Origin: an uncultured Verrucomicrobiae bacterium
Lineage (GTDB): Bacteria > Verrucomicrobiota > Verrucomicrobiia > Chthoniobacterales > JAFAMB01
Assembly: GCA_963762565.1 (NCBI GenBank)
Contig: CAVXLD010000005.1
Coordinates: forward strand, 32,001-96,000
Direction: 5' to 3'
Length of the DNA stretch: 64,000 nucleotides
Below are positions 50,782 through 60,833 of the stretch, piece by piece (the first letter of the stretch is position 1; every line of letters starts with the position of its first letter). The notes under the pieces were generated by a model. The model was not told the origin of the DNA, did no database searches, and worked only from the letters and a program-made list of their open reading frames with translations. The position numbers and the translations under genes were made by a program.

Positions 50782-51918
50782 ATGAAAACGACGTGGATAT
50801 TAGCGTTCGGTGTCGCGATCTGTATCAGCATCGCGAATCTCGGATCGGCTCATGGAGGGGGTGGCGGAGGAGGTGGGAGCGGCAACGGCGGTGGTGGTGG
50901 CCAGGGCGGCGGCGGTGGTCCGGGCAGTTCTGGGAGCCACGGCGCCTCTAGTCACGGCGGTATGAGCTTCGGGCATAGTAGCACTGTGGCCAGCATAAAC
51001 TCTCATTCGCATTTCGGGCACGCTCGAACCGCTAGCCATGCAGCGAGAACTTCGTTATCGCACCACCAGACCAGGTCCTCCCATCATTCGACTCGATTCG
51101 CTGAGACGAAACACCGGGGAAAGGCCGCTGTCGACAGAATTACCGACCATGAGCAGAAAGCCGATCAACACGAAAAGGTCGCCGTGGATAGAATCACCGA
51201 CCACGAGCAGAAAGCTGATCAACACGAAAAGGCCGCTCTAGACAATGTTGCCGACCACGAGCAGAAAGCCGATCAACACGAAAAAGTTGCTGTGGATAGA
51301 ATTACCGACCACGAGCAGAAAGCTGATCAACACGAAAAAGTTGCCGTGGATAGAATTACCGACCACGAGCAGAAAGCTGATCAACACGAAAAAGTTGCCG
51401 TGGATAGAATTACCGACCACGAGCAGAAAGCCGATCAACACGAAAAGGTCGCCGTGGATAGAATTACCGACCATGAGCAGAAGGATGATAAACAAGAAAA
51501 GGAAGCTGTGGATAGAATTACAGACCATGAGCAGAAAGCTGATCAACACGAAAAGGCCGCTCTAGACAATGTTGCCGACCACGAGCAGAAAGCTGATCAA
51601 CACGAAAAAGTTGCCGTGGATAGAATTACCGACCACGAGCAGAAAGCCGACCAACACGAAAAGGCCGCCGTGGATAGAATTACCGACCACGAGCAGAAAG
51701 CCGATCAACACGAAAAGGTCGCCGTGGATAGAATTACCGACCATGAGCAGAAAGCTGATCAACACGAAAAGGCCGCTCTAGATAGAATCACCGACCACGA
51801 GCAGAAAGCCGACCAACACGAAAAGGCCGCCGTGGATAGAATTACCGACCACGAGCAGAAAGCCGACCAGCGTGAAAAGGCCGCTGTGGACAGAATTGCC
51901 GACCATGAGCAGCAGTGA
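50782..51918 (+). CDS. Secreted Gly/His-rich protein with 15 x 18-aa tandem repeats
   Basis: Signal peptide, poly-Gly, then (HEKxAVDRITDHEQKADQ)n. Confidence 0.85.
   Translation: MKTTWILAFGVAICISIANLGSAHGGGGGGGGSGNGGGGGQGGGGGPGSSGSHGASSHGGMSFGHSSTVASINSHSHFGHARTASHAARTSLSHHQTRSSHHSTRFAETKHRGKAAVDRITDHEQKADQHEKVAVDRITDHEQKADQHEKAALDNVADHEQKADQHEKVAVDRITDHEQKADQHEKVAVDRITDHEQKADQHEKVAVDRITDHEQKADQHEKVAVDRITDHEQKDDKQEKEAVDRITDHEQKADQHEKAALDNVADHEQKADQHEKVAVDRITDHEQKADQHEKAAVDRITDHEQKADQHEKVAVDRITDHEQKADQHEKAALDRITDHEQKADQHEKAAVDRITDHEQKADQREKAAVDRIADHEQQ
51115..51915 (+). repeat. 54-bp coding tandem repeat, about 15 units
   Basis: cacgaaaaggtcgccgtggatagaattaccgaccacgagcagaaagccgatcaa repeated without spacers. 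Confidence 0.95.
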
Positions 51919-52149
51919 TCAGAGTGTGACGAGGTCCTGGGAATAGGAGAAAGCGGAAGGCAGCGGTGGCAGTTGCTGGAGCGGTAGGCGGTGCCCAGAT
52001 GTGAGCACCGCTCACAACGAAACGTGGGTAGCGGTAGGCGCCGGCCTTCTGCTGAACTAGTCACATCTTGGGGAGGGCGCGGCCTCCCGGACAGCTAGCC
52101 TCAAGGCATCCGATCGATTTTTCTCCCAACGGGGTGTATAGGCCCGAGA

Positions 52150-52400
52150 ACGCGCCGAGCGATGGTGCCACGGTGGGTTTTGTACAAACTCATACACGGA
52201 AAGCGCTTTGGCCCGGGGTGCAAGATCACCCAGGGCGTAGTCCGGGATCAAAATGATCGGAACGCTACTTCCCGTGGCGCGCAGTCGTTCCGCAACGTCG
52301 AACCCGCTGCCGTCGCACACCCAGGTGATCCGGGATATAAGCGGCGTTGCGATCAAAATAGGCGCCGGCAAGGCGGTGCGAGCCGCACTGGCAGTAAGAA
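52150..52400 (-). pseudogene. Response-regulator receiver domain remnant
   Basis: GSGFDVAERLRATGSSVPIILI...AKALSVYEFVQ. Confidence 0.5.
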
Positions 52401-52479
52401 GGAGCATCTCTGGATGTTATACGTGATCTGTCTTTCCTTGGCGTCTTCGCGGCTTTGCGTGAGATTTTCTTCGGCCGAT

Positions 52480-53087
52480 TCACTTCGCTCGGATCTCGAT
52501 AACGAATGCCGGGCGATTATCGTCGGTTTCATTGGTCAGCTTGATCTTGCTAGACGAGAATGTCGTTTCCCAGGTCGAACTTGACCCATTCACGACTAAG
52601 TACGCGGCAGACGGCGTCGCCGGCAGAGTCGGGAGTTCGGACCGGACTAACAAAGTGCCCTTTACATCCCGGAATTGAATCTCGTCAGCGAGGTCCTTGA
52701 GGTTGCCCGCATCACTCTAGTTTACGCAATCCAGTAAGGAGCTCTTGATTAAATCACGAGCGTACACACCGTCCGCGGATCGCGAGGACGCGATCCCTCC
52801 CGACGATGGGCCCAACACATTCGGATTGGTCTGGACATAGATCGTTACAGGTCCCGGAAAGCAGCTCCGGATGGCTTGAAAGCGAGTAGCCGTTCCCCGT
52901 TTAAAGGTTGAGCCGACCCTATCGGTTCTAGATTGAAGAACCGAAAATAGTCCGCTTGCACTCGGGCCCGATTCAAATCCGCACCCAACAGCCCCCCAGT
53001 ATCGCCGTTGTTCGTTGCTGCCTGAATATCGTTCCTAGCCGAAAGAATCAGGAATGCATAAAGCAAGCACCGTAAATTCATAAGCAA
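52480..53087 (-). pseudogene. Secreted hypothetical gene broken by a stop codon and a family A repeat half
   Basis: Signal-peptide ORF 52845-53087; downstream frame VYARDLIKSSLLDCVN*SDAGNLKDLADEIQFR...IEIRAK*; repeat half at 52777-52801. Confidence 0.5.
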
Positions 53088-53373
53088 GCCTTCAACCTTG
53101 TTTGAGATATGACGCTGATTGAATACATGATTGCGTCACAAAAAATCTCGCATCATAAGGAGGGGAGAAGTAAGACTTCTCGTGGAGGCGGAACAGGCTC
53201 TCAATCACCTCCACTTTTCACCAATCGCTTCGTTCGCGTTTTAACTGGTTTTTGCTTGCTCCAACTATGGCGAGTCAGTTAACCCGGGAAATGGTGCAAA
53301 CTTCATCAAACTACACGAATTCGTGCTGCTATTCGCGCAGAGTGCCTTAGAGTCAATTTCCTAAAGGAAACAT

Positions 53374-53834
53374 ATGAGCCTCACCATCACGAAAGTGGAT
53401 GTATGGGCCGCTGAAATCGATGATACCCCCGGCGGCCTGGCAAAACTCTTAGGGGCTTTAGCTGGCGCGGGTGCCGACTTAGAATGCGTCATTGCACGAC
53501 GCGATCCTACCAAGACCGGGAAATGCGTTGCTTTTCTCACACCGGTCAAGGGTGCCAATGTTAAAAAAGCCGCCAAAGCCGAAGGGCTGGCGCCGGCGAA
53601 AAATTGGCGACGTTAAAAGTCGAGGGTGATGATGCTGCTGGCATCGGTTCTCGGATTACATCGGCGGTTGCTGAAGCCGGCGTTAACCTGCGCGGTGCTT
53701 CCGGCGCCGTTATCGGTCGGAAGTTTGTGGTCTACCTCGGTTTCGATGGCAGTGCCGACGCAACCAAGGCCGCTCGAGCTTTGAAAGCTTTGGCTAGCCC
53801 ACACAATTCGGCAAGAGCGAAGCGAGCCGCTTAG
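53374..53834 (+). pseudogene. Double ACT-domain protein, copy 1 (frameshift near 53598)
   Basis: VWAAEIDDTPGGLA...GADLECVIARR; LKVEGDDAAGIG...AGVNLRG. Confidence 0.8.
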
Positions 53835-53904
53835 AACTAGCTCAGGAAGGTGGCCTCGTAAGAAGAGGTTGGCTGAATTTATCTGCAACGCTCGTTAACG
53901 GCTT

Positions 53905-54060
53905 TGACTGGCTTGCTCCACTTTGGCGTGCTCAGTTCGTCAACGTGGCAAACCTCAACAGCAACAACGTTTCGGCCTACAGCATCGATGCCGACGGCTC
54001 CCTGACGCCGGTCACAAATTCGCCGTTCACTGTGGGGACCAGTTACCCGGTCAGTCGCTA
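53905..54060 (+). pseudogene. Fragment of lactonase-type beta-propeller gene
   Basis: AQFVNVANLNSNNVSAYSIDADGSLTPVTNSPF single blade. Confidence 0.55.
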
Positions 54061-54074
54061 TTTTCGGCTACATC

Positions 54075-54620
54075 ATGAATCGCCGATTCCGCTCTGTGTT
54101 GGTTGTGTTAGCCGTTGGTTCCTTACTGTCCTCCTGTAACAACGCAACGCCCGAGAATTATTTCGATGAGGCAGTGCTTAACGTTAACTTGATTACCCCT
54201 TTTGGCGGTCAAGCGGCGCTCTACTCCATGGCTCACCCTTCGGTTAAACTCGTGCCGGGAACGAAAGATCAGACCGCACCGATGACTCGGAAAGAGATCG
54301 TCGAGGACCAGATTCAGCGTGTGGAGCAGAATTTAACCAAAATAAAAACACTCCCAGACAGCGAAGAAGCTCGGGACATGGTGCAAACTTCGATCAAGCT
54401 ACACGAGTTTGTTCTACCGGTTTATAAGACCGAGTACCGTGAGCTAGCCAAGCTTTACGATGAAGGCGGTTCCCAACAAGACCGGATCTCGAAGGCTCAA
54501 GAAATCGACACGAAATACTTAGCTGCCTACAAAGCACTCTTTAGTCGATTGGTCGAGTTAGGCAAAGCCTACGCCGAAAAGCACCATATTAAGGTGGAGT
54601 GGCAAACGCTCCCGTTCTAG
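54075..54620 (+). CDS. Putative lipoprotein
   Basis: LSSC lipobox; helical body. Confidence 0.75.
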   Translation: MNRRFRSVLVVLAVGSLLSSCNNATPENYFDEAVLNVNLITPFGGQAALYSMAHPSVKLVPGTKDQTAPMTRKEIVEDQIQRVEQNLTKIKTLPDSEEARDMVQTSIKLHEFVLPVYKTEYRELAKLYDEGGSQQDRISKAQEIDTKYLAAYKALFSRLVELGKAYAEKHHIKVEWQTLPF

Positions 54621-54738
54621 GGTGGCGCGCTGGGTTTCCCAGTAATTAGTCCAATACAACACTCCTCCATTACTCCAGCCCCTTTTTTCCTTGCCGCAGC
54701 CAAACGGGGCCTTACTGTCAATTTCGTAAAGGAAACAT

Positions 54739-55192
54739 ATGAGCCTCACCATCAGCAAGGTGGATGTTTGGGCCGCCGAAATCGATGACACTCCTGGCGG
54801 CCTGGCAGAACTGTTAGGGGCTTTAGCTGGCGCGGGTGCCGACTTAGAATGTGTTGTTGCGCGGCGGATTCCTACAAAACAAGGGAAGGGAGTCGCTTTT
54901 CTAACTCCAGTTAAGGGCGCTAATGTCAGAAAGGCGGCCAAAGCCAAGGGACTGGCCGGCCGAGAAACTAGCAACGCTGAAAGTCGAAGGTGATGATACT
55001 CCCGGCCTCGGCGCTCGCATTACCTCGGCCGTTAGTGAAGCCGGTGTGAACCTGCGCGGTGTTTCCGGCGCTGTTATCGGCAGGAAATTTGTTGCCTACC
55101 TCGGTTTCGATGGAGCTGCTGACGCCACCAAGGCCGCTCGCGCTTTGAAAGCTCTAGCCAGCCCAAAGAAAGCCGGAACCGGCAAGCGCTAG
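54739..55192 (+). pseudogene. Double ACT-domain protein, copy 2 (frameshift near 54957)
   Basis: Close paralog of 53374-53834 with the same RBS context (aaaggaaacatatg). Confidence 0.8.
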
Positions 55193-55401
55193 GTCGCTTC
55201 GCAAATAGCCGATAGCCAACAGCGAAAGCGGAAGGGAAGGAGTAACGGAGTACTGGAGTGGTTGCTGAACAGACCAACTTCGTGTCCTTTGTGATCTTCT
55301 GTGAGTCGGTCTGTCTTTATCTGCGTAAATCTGCGGTTGTTCTGTAATTCGTGTCGGTTCGCGTCCATTCGCGGTCTTTGCCATTTGCTATCGCGAAAGC
55401 G

Positions 55402-56079
55402 CTACCTCTGAATAGAATAAACCTGCGGCTCTTCGACTAGGGCAAGCAAAAGCTCATGGTAGGCCCAGCGCGGTAGTTGGCATCGGATGATCCAAAGCTC
55501 GCGATCGTCTGCTGCCGGCTGGCGTTCAATCATTTTGATAGGAATGTGGAACTGTTCGAACAGATCTTCTAGTTTAACCTCGGTCTTACCTCTTGCCGGA
55601 TCGACTATCAGACTAATCACGTAAGCAGTTGCTCCGGCTAATTTGCTAGCTTCAAGTCGATTAACCAAAGAGAGCACTCCCCGAGCGAGTAGGGCGATAC
55701 CGACTCCGGCGCCGGCGTGGCCTGCGCCGACGGCCATCCCCATGGCAGCCACCAGCCAAATGGTTGCGGCTGTGGTCACGCCACGAATACCTGTGCTTCC
55801 GCGGAGCAACACGCCTCCCCCTAAAAAGCCAATCCCGGTAACGATCTGGGCGGCTACTCGGCCGGAATCGCCAGAGTTGCTGGCAAATGAGTACCCGATC
55901 ATAGTGAAGGTTGATGAACCGAGCGCAATTAAAGACATCGTACGGATCCCAGCCGGTTTCTCTTTCCGCTGCCGCTCAATCCCGACCCAGCCACCGCAGA
56001 GCAATGCCAGAATGCTGAGGGAAATTGATCCCCATGGGTAGGGGAACAACGTGTGCCAGTTATCGGTCAACAAATGCAT
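55402..56079 (-). CDS. MgtC/SapB family membrane protein
   Basis: GIERQRKEKPAGIRT, RVAAQIVTGIGFLGGG, GVTTAATIW. Confidence 0.92.
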   Translation of the reverse strand: MHLLTDNWHTLFPYPWGSISLSILALLCGGWVGIERQRKEKPAGIRTMSLIALGSSTFTMIGYSFASNSGDSGRVAAQIVTGIGFLGGGVLLRGSTGIRGVTTAATIWLVAAMGMAVGAGHAGAGVGIALLARGVLSLVNRLEASKLAGATAYVISLIVDPARGKTEVKLEDLFEQFHIPIKMIERQPAADDRELWIIRCQLPRWAYHELLLALVEEPQVYSIQR

Positions 56080-56331
56080 CTAGCAATGGAATAGAAAGGC
56101 GTAGGAAAAGTAAAGAGGGTGAAAATGAGCCGTAGCCGATAACGGGAGGGATCGCGTCCCCGCGATCCGTTGTGCCAGGAACGCGGGGCGCTTGTTTACC
56201 GAACGGTTGAATACGTCTGTAGGCGAAGAACGCCTTCACAGCGCGCGAGGATCCGACTTCGCCGAGCCAAAAAAAACGGCGAAAAAACCAAAGGCTACGT
56301 CGGACAGGCAGCGCGCCCTCCCTCTTCCGCC

Positions 56332-59300
56332 CTACCTATAACCAACCCTCACTTCCACGTTATGCTCTCGCTTATCGTCCACCAGCGGGACGGTATCGTC
56401 GGGAATCTCTTTCCCGTCCAAATAGGTCCTCGTATCTGATGCTCTGACGATACTGATATGGTACGGCGTCTCGCCATACCGATAATGAATCTTATACTCG
56501 TTCCACGTCTTGGGAAGACGCGGCGCCAGGCGTAGTCGGTTTCCTTCTGGTTGTAAGCCTAACAAGGTCTCGATTAACGTTCGATACATCCATCCGGCAG
56601 AACCGGTGTACCAGGTCCAACCGCCGCGCCCGGTGTGAGGAGGAACCCAATAAACATCGGCGGCGATAACATAGGGCTCCACTTTATAGGTCGCGATATC
56701 GGCAGCACTTCTCCCATGGTTCACTGGATTCAGCAACGCGAACAACTCCCAAGCTAACTCGTCGTTTCCTTCTAGAGCAGCGGCTAGAACTGTCCAGATA
56801 GCAGCGTGAGTATATTGGCCGCCGTTTTCGCGAACTCCGGGCACATAGCCTTGGATGTAACCCGGACTCGGCGTTGACCGATCAAAGGGCGGATCTAACA
56901 ATTGAATCAGCTTGGCCTGGCGCCGAACTAACCGCTCGTTCAACGACTGCATAGCTTGCCGGGCGCGTTCCGGATCGCCGGCGCCGGAGATCACGGACCA
57001 ACTTTGCGGTAGGCAATCGATCTGGCATTCATCGTTTAGATGAGAGCCAAGCGGTTCGCCATTATCAAAGTAAGCCCTCCGATACCAGTTTCCGTCCCAG
57101 GCGTATCGCTCTATATTCGACTGGATCTCTTTCGCCTGAGCTAAACAACGGTCTGCAAAAGCGGTATCGTTGCGTTCGCGCGCCAATTTGCTGAACTGTT
57201 GCAAAACGTCGTAGAGAAACAAGCCGAGCCAGACGCTTTCACCGCGGCCGTCTTTCCCGACCAGGTTCATGCCATCATTCCAATCGCACGTACCCATCAA
57301 GGGCAAGCCATGCCGGCCGAATCTCAATCCATGTTCGATGGAGCGAACGCAATGCTCGTATAACGAGGCCGAATCATCGGATTGCTTCGGTGAAAAGTAG
57401 GCGTCTGCTTCATCCGGCTTTAACAGCCGTCCTTCTATAAAAGGGACCTTTTCATCGAGAACGCTGGTGTCTCCGGTTCGGGTGACATATTGCCAGGTGA
57501 CATAGGCTAGCCACAAGTAGTCGTCGGAAGTGTGGGTCCGCACTCCCAGACCCGTCGGGGGGTGCCACCAGTGCTGCACATCGCCTTCGACGAACTGGCG
57601 GGCGGCTGCTCGGAGTAGATGTTCTCGGGTCAGTTGCGGCTGGGCATGGACCAGCGCCATCACGTCTTGCAGTTGATCCCGGAAACCGAACGCACCGCCG
57701 GATTGATAGAACCCGGTCCGTCCCCAGACACGGCAGCTGAGTACCTGATACAAAAGCCAACCATTCGCGATCATATCGACAGAAGGATCGGGAGTTTCGA
57801 CGTGGACAGCGCTCAGCGTGTGAATCCAATATTCTTGGACCGCCCGGAGCGCGGCTTGATTGGCATTAGGCTGGCGAAACGGTTGAACTAACTGTCGAAC
57901 TTCGGCGAGGTTAACACCCGCACCCAGCCGGAAACAGATTTCTTGTTCTGCGCCAGGCGCTAGATCGACGATCGTCTGCACAGCCGCGCAAGGATCTAAT
58001 CCGGGGCCGACGTTCCCGGAGAGCCGCTCGCGACCAAGAGCCGCCGGCTGAGCCAGGTTGCAGTTGCGCCCAAGAAACTCGTTTCGGTCCCCGGTGAATG
58101 TTCGATTGGGATCATCGACATCGATGAAAGCGATCCAGCCGGCAAAATCGTTGCTATAAAAATTGCGAGCTAACAGGGCGCCGCTATTGCTGTCTATCTC
58201 GGTTTGGATATGCAGCGCCGTTCGTTGCCGGAGATCGCTGAATACCCATTCCCAATACCCGGTTGCAGAGATTCGCCGTGGGCGGTCAGAGATATTGCGT
58301 AGCTTTAACGCTGCGAATTTGACCGGCGCATCGATGGCGACATAAACGGTTAGCTCTGAAGAAATGCCGTGTTCCGAATGTTCGAATATGGTGTAACCAA
58401 ACCCATGCCGGACGACATAGGGAGTGTTGCCTGTCGCTGGCAAAGGGGTAGGAGACCAGATTTCGCCGGTCTCTTCATCCCGAAGATAGAAGGCTTCACC
58501 GCTGAGATCAGTGATGGGATCGTTATTCCATGGCGTAAGCCGAAGTTCATGAGAATTCTCGGCCCAGGTGTAAGCGCCGCCAGTCTCAGAGATAACTGTG
58601 CCAAAAGTTGGATTTGCCAGAACGTTAACCCAAGGAGCGGGCGTAGTGACCCCAGGGCTCAAGTTAATAACGTATTCGCGACCGTCCGATGTAAAGCCGC
58701 CGAATCCATTATTAAATAGCAAGGGCTGCTCTTTGGCTGGCGAGGAAGCGTTTTTTGCGGGTGGCGACCCCGTCGGCCTCGCACTTGTCGCGCCAAAGCG
58801 AAGCGCAGGCGGAAGCGAGGCACGCTCCAGGGGTGGCGACCCCATCGGCCTCGCAAGCGAGGCACGCTCCACCAGCGACTTCAGCTGTTCCGCTAAGGGC
58901 CGATTGGTAAGAACCACGCGGGCCGCCGCTTGAAAGAGTAGATGTTCTTCGGGGGTAAGTTGTCCCAGATGCCGGACAAATATTCCGCCCGGTTTTTCCA
59001 ACGGCTGAGTTTGTAGACGAGAGGCAATGAAACTTTCGATCCTGTCGATCAGCTCCTGACAGGCAGCAGACGTTTCTTCAATCAAGATAATTAGATCGGC
59101 TGCTAATCCCTGTTTGTGCCAGTAGGAGTGAGCTTGGATCAGCTGTTTTACCAGCTCGAAATTGATTGAACCCTCGCTGGCGCTCAAGACGTGTACCAGA
59201 GCAATCGGTAGATCACCCGAGATACCCTGACTCCAGAGCGCCTTTGGTCCAAGCTTGTTTTGAGCTAATACCTCAGGTGGGGCGCGAAACGTTGAGCGGG

Positions 59301-60231
59301 GATAAATGAGAGCGCTGGCCAACTGTTCATAGAGATCGAGCTCGGCGTCCTCTAATTCCGGCGGCGCTAATTGGCTCTGGGCCAGCTCCTGGGATACCGC
59401 GATCGGTTGAGACGCCCGATATTTCTCGGCCAATGCTAGCGCTGCATGTCGGTCGGGAGCAACCCCGATAACAAAATCAACTGAGATGGAGGCTTTGGGT
59501 CCTAGTTGGAATGTGCGTCGCAGCGAGATGACGGGATCGAGTACCGAACCGACCGTATTGGACAATCCTCCGTGCATGGCCGCTGGGTTTGCGACGGTTC
59601 TTCCTCGTCCGATGAACCTCGCGCGATCGGTTTCGCAGGATAACTCGCCGCCGCTATCTCCCACCATCAAATGTACCAGCCAAGGATGATCCGCGCCTTC
59701 GCCGCGCGGTCGCCGCTTGCAGAGAATCGCCGAGGCCGCTCGCACCAGCTCGCTCTGGATAAAAAGATTACTGAAGACCGGATGGGCCAAATCCGCTGCG
59801 GGAACGGCCAGGACGACCTCTGAATAGCTGGTGAGCTCGATTGCGCGTTCGCTCCCTGAAAGATTTGTGATCAGAACGCGCCTGACTTCGACATCGTCCT
59901 CCGGTGAAACCCAGATTCGGGTCACGATTTCGAAGCCGGCGTGACGTTGCTGAAACTCCACCCACGACGGTGTAAACGTCGCCTTGTACTGGTCGGTCAG
60001 ACGCAGCGTGGGCTGATAACCCACGGACCAAAACTCTCCGCTACCCGGGTCTCGCAGATAGATGAAGCTACCCCAGCAATCCCGGGTCGCATCCTCGCGC
60101 CATCGAGAGACAGCCAAGTCGTTCCAACGACTGTACCCGCCTCCCGCATTGGTGACGGCGACGTGATAGCGGCCATTCGATAGAAGTTGGGCCTCCGGTG
60201 CAGACGTGAACGGGCTGTCGAAGATGCGCAT
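56332..60231 (-). CDS. GH94 glycoside phosphorylase (cyclic beta-1,2-glucan synthase C-terminal-like)
   Basis: LLSNGRY...GGGYSRW, PAPWVNVLAN, YQSGGAFGFRDQLQD, DWNDGMN, RENGGQYTHAA, GWTWYTGSAGW. Confidence 0.92.
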   Translation of the reverse strand: MRIFDSPFTSAPEAQLLSNGRYHVAVTNAGGGYSRWNDLAVSRWREDATRDCWGSFIYLRDPGSGEFWSVGYQPTLRLTDQYKATFTPSWVEFQQRHAGFEIVTRIWVSPEDDVEVRRVLITNLSGSERAIELTSYSEVVLAVPAADLAHPVFSNLFIQSELVRAASAILCKRRPRGEGADHPWLVHLMVGDSGGELSCETDRARFIGRGRTVANPAAMHGGLSNTVGSVLDPVISLRRTFQLGPKASISVDFVIGVAPDRHAALALAEKYRASQPIAVSQELAQSQLAPPELEDAELDLYEQLASALIYPRSTFRAPPEVLAQNKLGPKALWSQGISGDLPIALVHVLSASEGSINFELVKQLIQAHSYWHKQGLAADLIILIEETSAACQELIDRIESFIASRLQTQPLEKPGGIFVRHLGQLTPEEHLLFQAAARVVLTNRPLAEQLKSLVERASLARPMGSPPLERASLPPALRFGATSARPTGSPPAKNASSPAKEQPLLFNNGFGGFTSDGREYVINLSPGVTTPAPWVNVLANPTFGTVISETGGAYTWAENSHELRLTPWNNDPITDLSGEAFYLRDEETGEIWSPTPLPATGNTPYVVRHGFGYTIFEHSEHGISSELTVYVAIDAPVKFAALKLRNISDRPRRISATGYWEWVFSDLRQRTALHIQTEIDSNSGALLARNFYSNDFAGWIAFIDVDDPNRTFTGDRNEFLGRNCNLAQPAALGRERLSGNVGPGLDPCAAVQTIVDLAPGAEQEICFRLGAGVNLAEVRQLVQPFRQPNANQAALRAVQEYWIHTLSAVHVETPDPSVDMIANGWLLYQVLSCRVWGRTGFYQSGGAFGFRDQLQDVMALVHAQPQLTREHLLRAAARQFVEGDVQHWWHPPTGLGVRTHTSDDYLWLAYVTWQYVTRTGDTSVLDEKVPFIEGRLLKPDEADAYFSPKQSDDSASLYEHCVRSIEHGLRFGRHGLPLMGTCDWNDGMNLVGKDGRGESVWLGLFLYDVLQQFSKLARERNDTAFADRCLAQAKEIQSNIERYAWDGNWYRRAYFDNGEPLGSHLNDECQIDCLPQSWSVISGAGDPERARQAMQSLNERLVRRQAKLIQLLDPPFDRSTPSPGYIQGYVPGVRENGGQYTHAAIWTVLAAALEGNDELAWELFALLNPVNHGRSAADIATYKVEPYVIAADVYWVPPHTGRGGWTWYTGSAGWMYRTLIETLLGLQPEGNRLRLAPRLPKTWNEYKIHYRYGETPYHISIVRASDTRTYLDGKEIPDDTVPLVDDKREHNVEVRVGYR

Positions 60232-60833
60232 CTCTCGACGTTAGAAAGGAGTTCGAGGAGTTCAAGGCCTGCCGCGACGTAGGCCTTGCGAGTCGGGCCT
60301 GCCGCGCCGTAGGCCTTCGGCGAGCTCAGGGAGGGCGCGCGTCCCCGCGCGTCGTGAGGACGTGCCATAACGCAAGGCGTATTCTCTTCCGCGATCGCGA
60401 GTGTCCCCGGCTTCGGTAATCCCGTGGCCGCGGGACGAGGACGCGATCCCTCCCAGCGATGGGCATGCTCGGAGAATGTGCTGCCTGGATGTGTGTCGAA
60501 TTTTGCCGCGAAGCGGCAGTACATCATAGCCCAGGGTCCTCCAGCCGGGGTTAGTCGCACGAAAAGACACGCCCTGAAAGTGGCGTCCGAAAGCTTTGGT
60601 CCTGCTTCCGTGCGGTTAATTTAAGCGGAAACGGATGTTGCGTGACCAGTGCGATGAACATGCAAGGCATGAACATACACCCACGGGACGCCACTTTTCC
60701 TCCTTCGCTCGATAACGCGAAGCTACGGCGGACAGGCAGGGCGCCATCTCACCCCGGAGATATCCAGGCTAAAGCCCTGGGCTATTATCTATTACCGCTT
60801 TGCGGTAAATCCGACACACGCGCTAGGCCGCTC

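Noticed and set aside
51115..51915. Possible CRISPR array
   Set aside because: 54-bp units are contiguous with no unique spacers, vary at codon third positions, lie in one ORF, and no cas genes are present.
59997..60830. ORFs in repeat-rich intergenic DNA (also 47550-47967, 61408-61874)
   Set aside because: Translations of palindromic repeat families; no independent coding signal.
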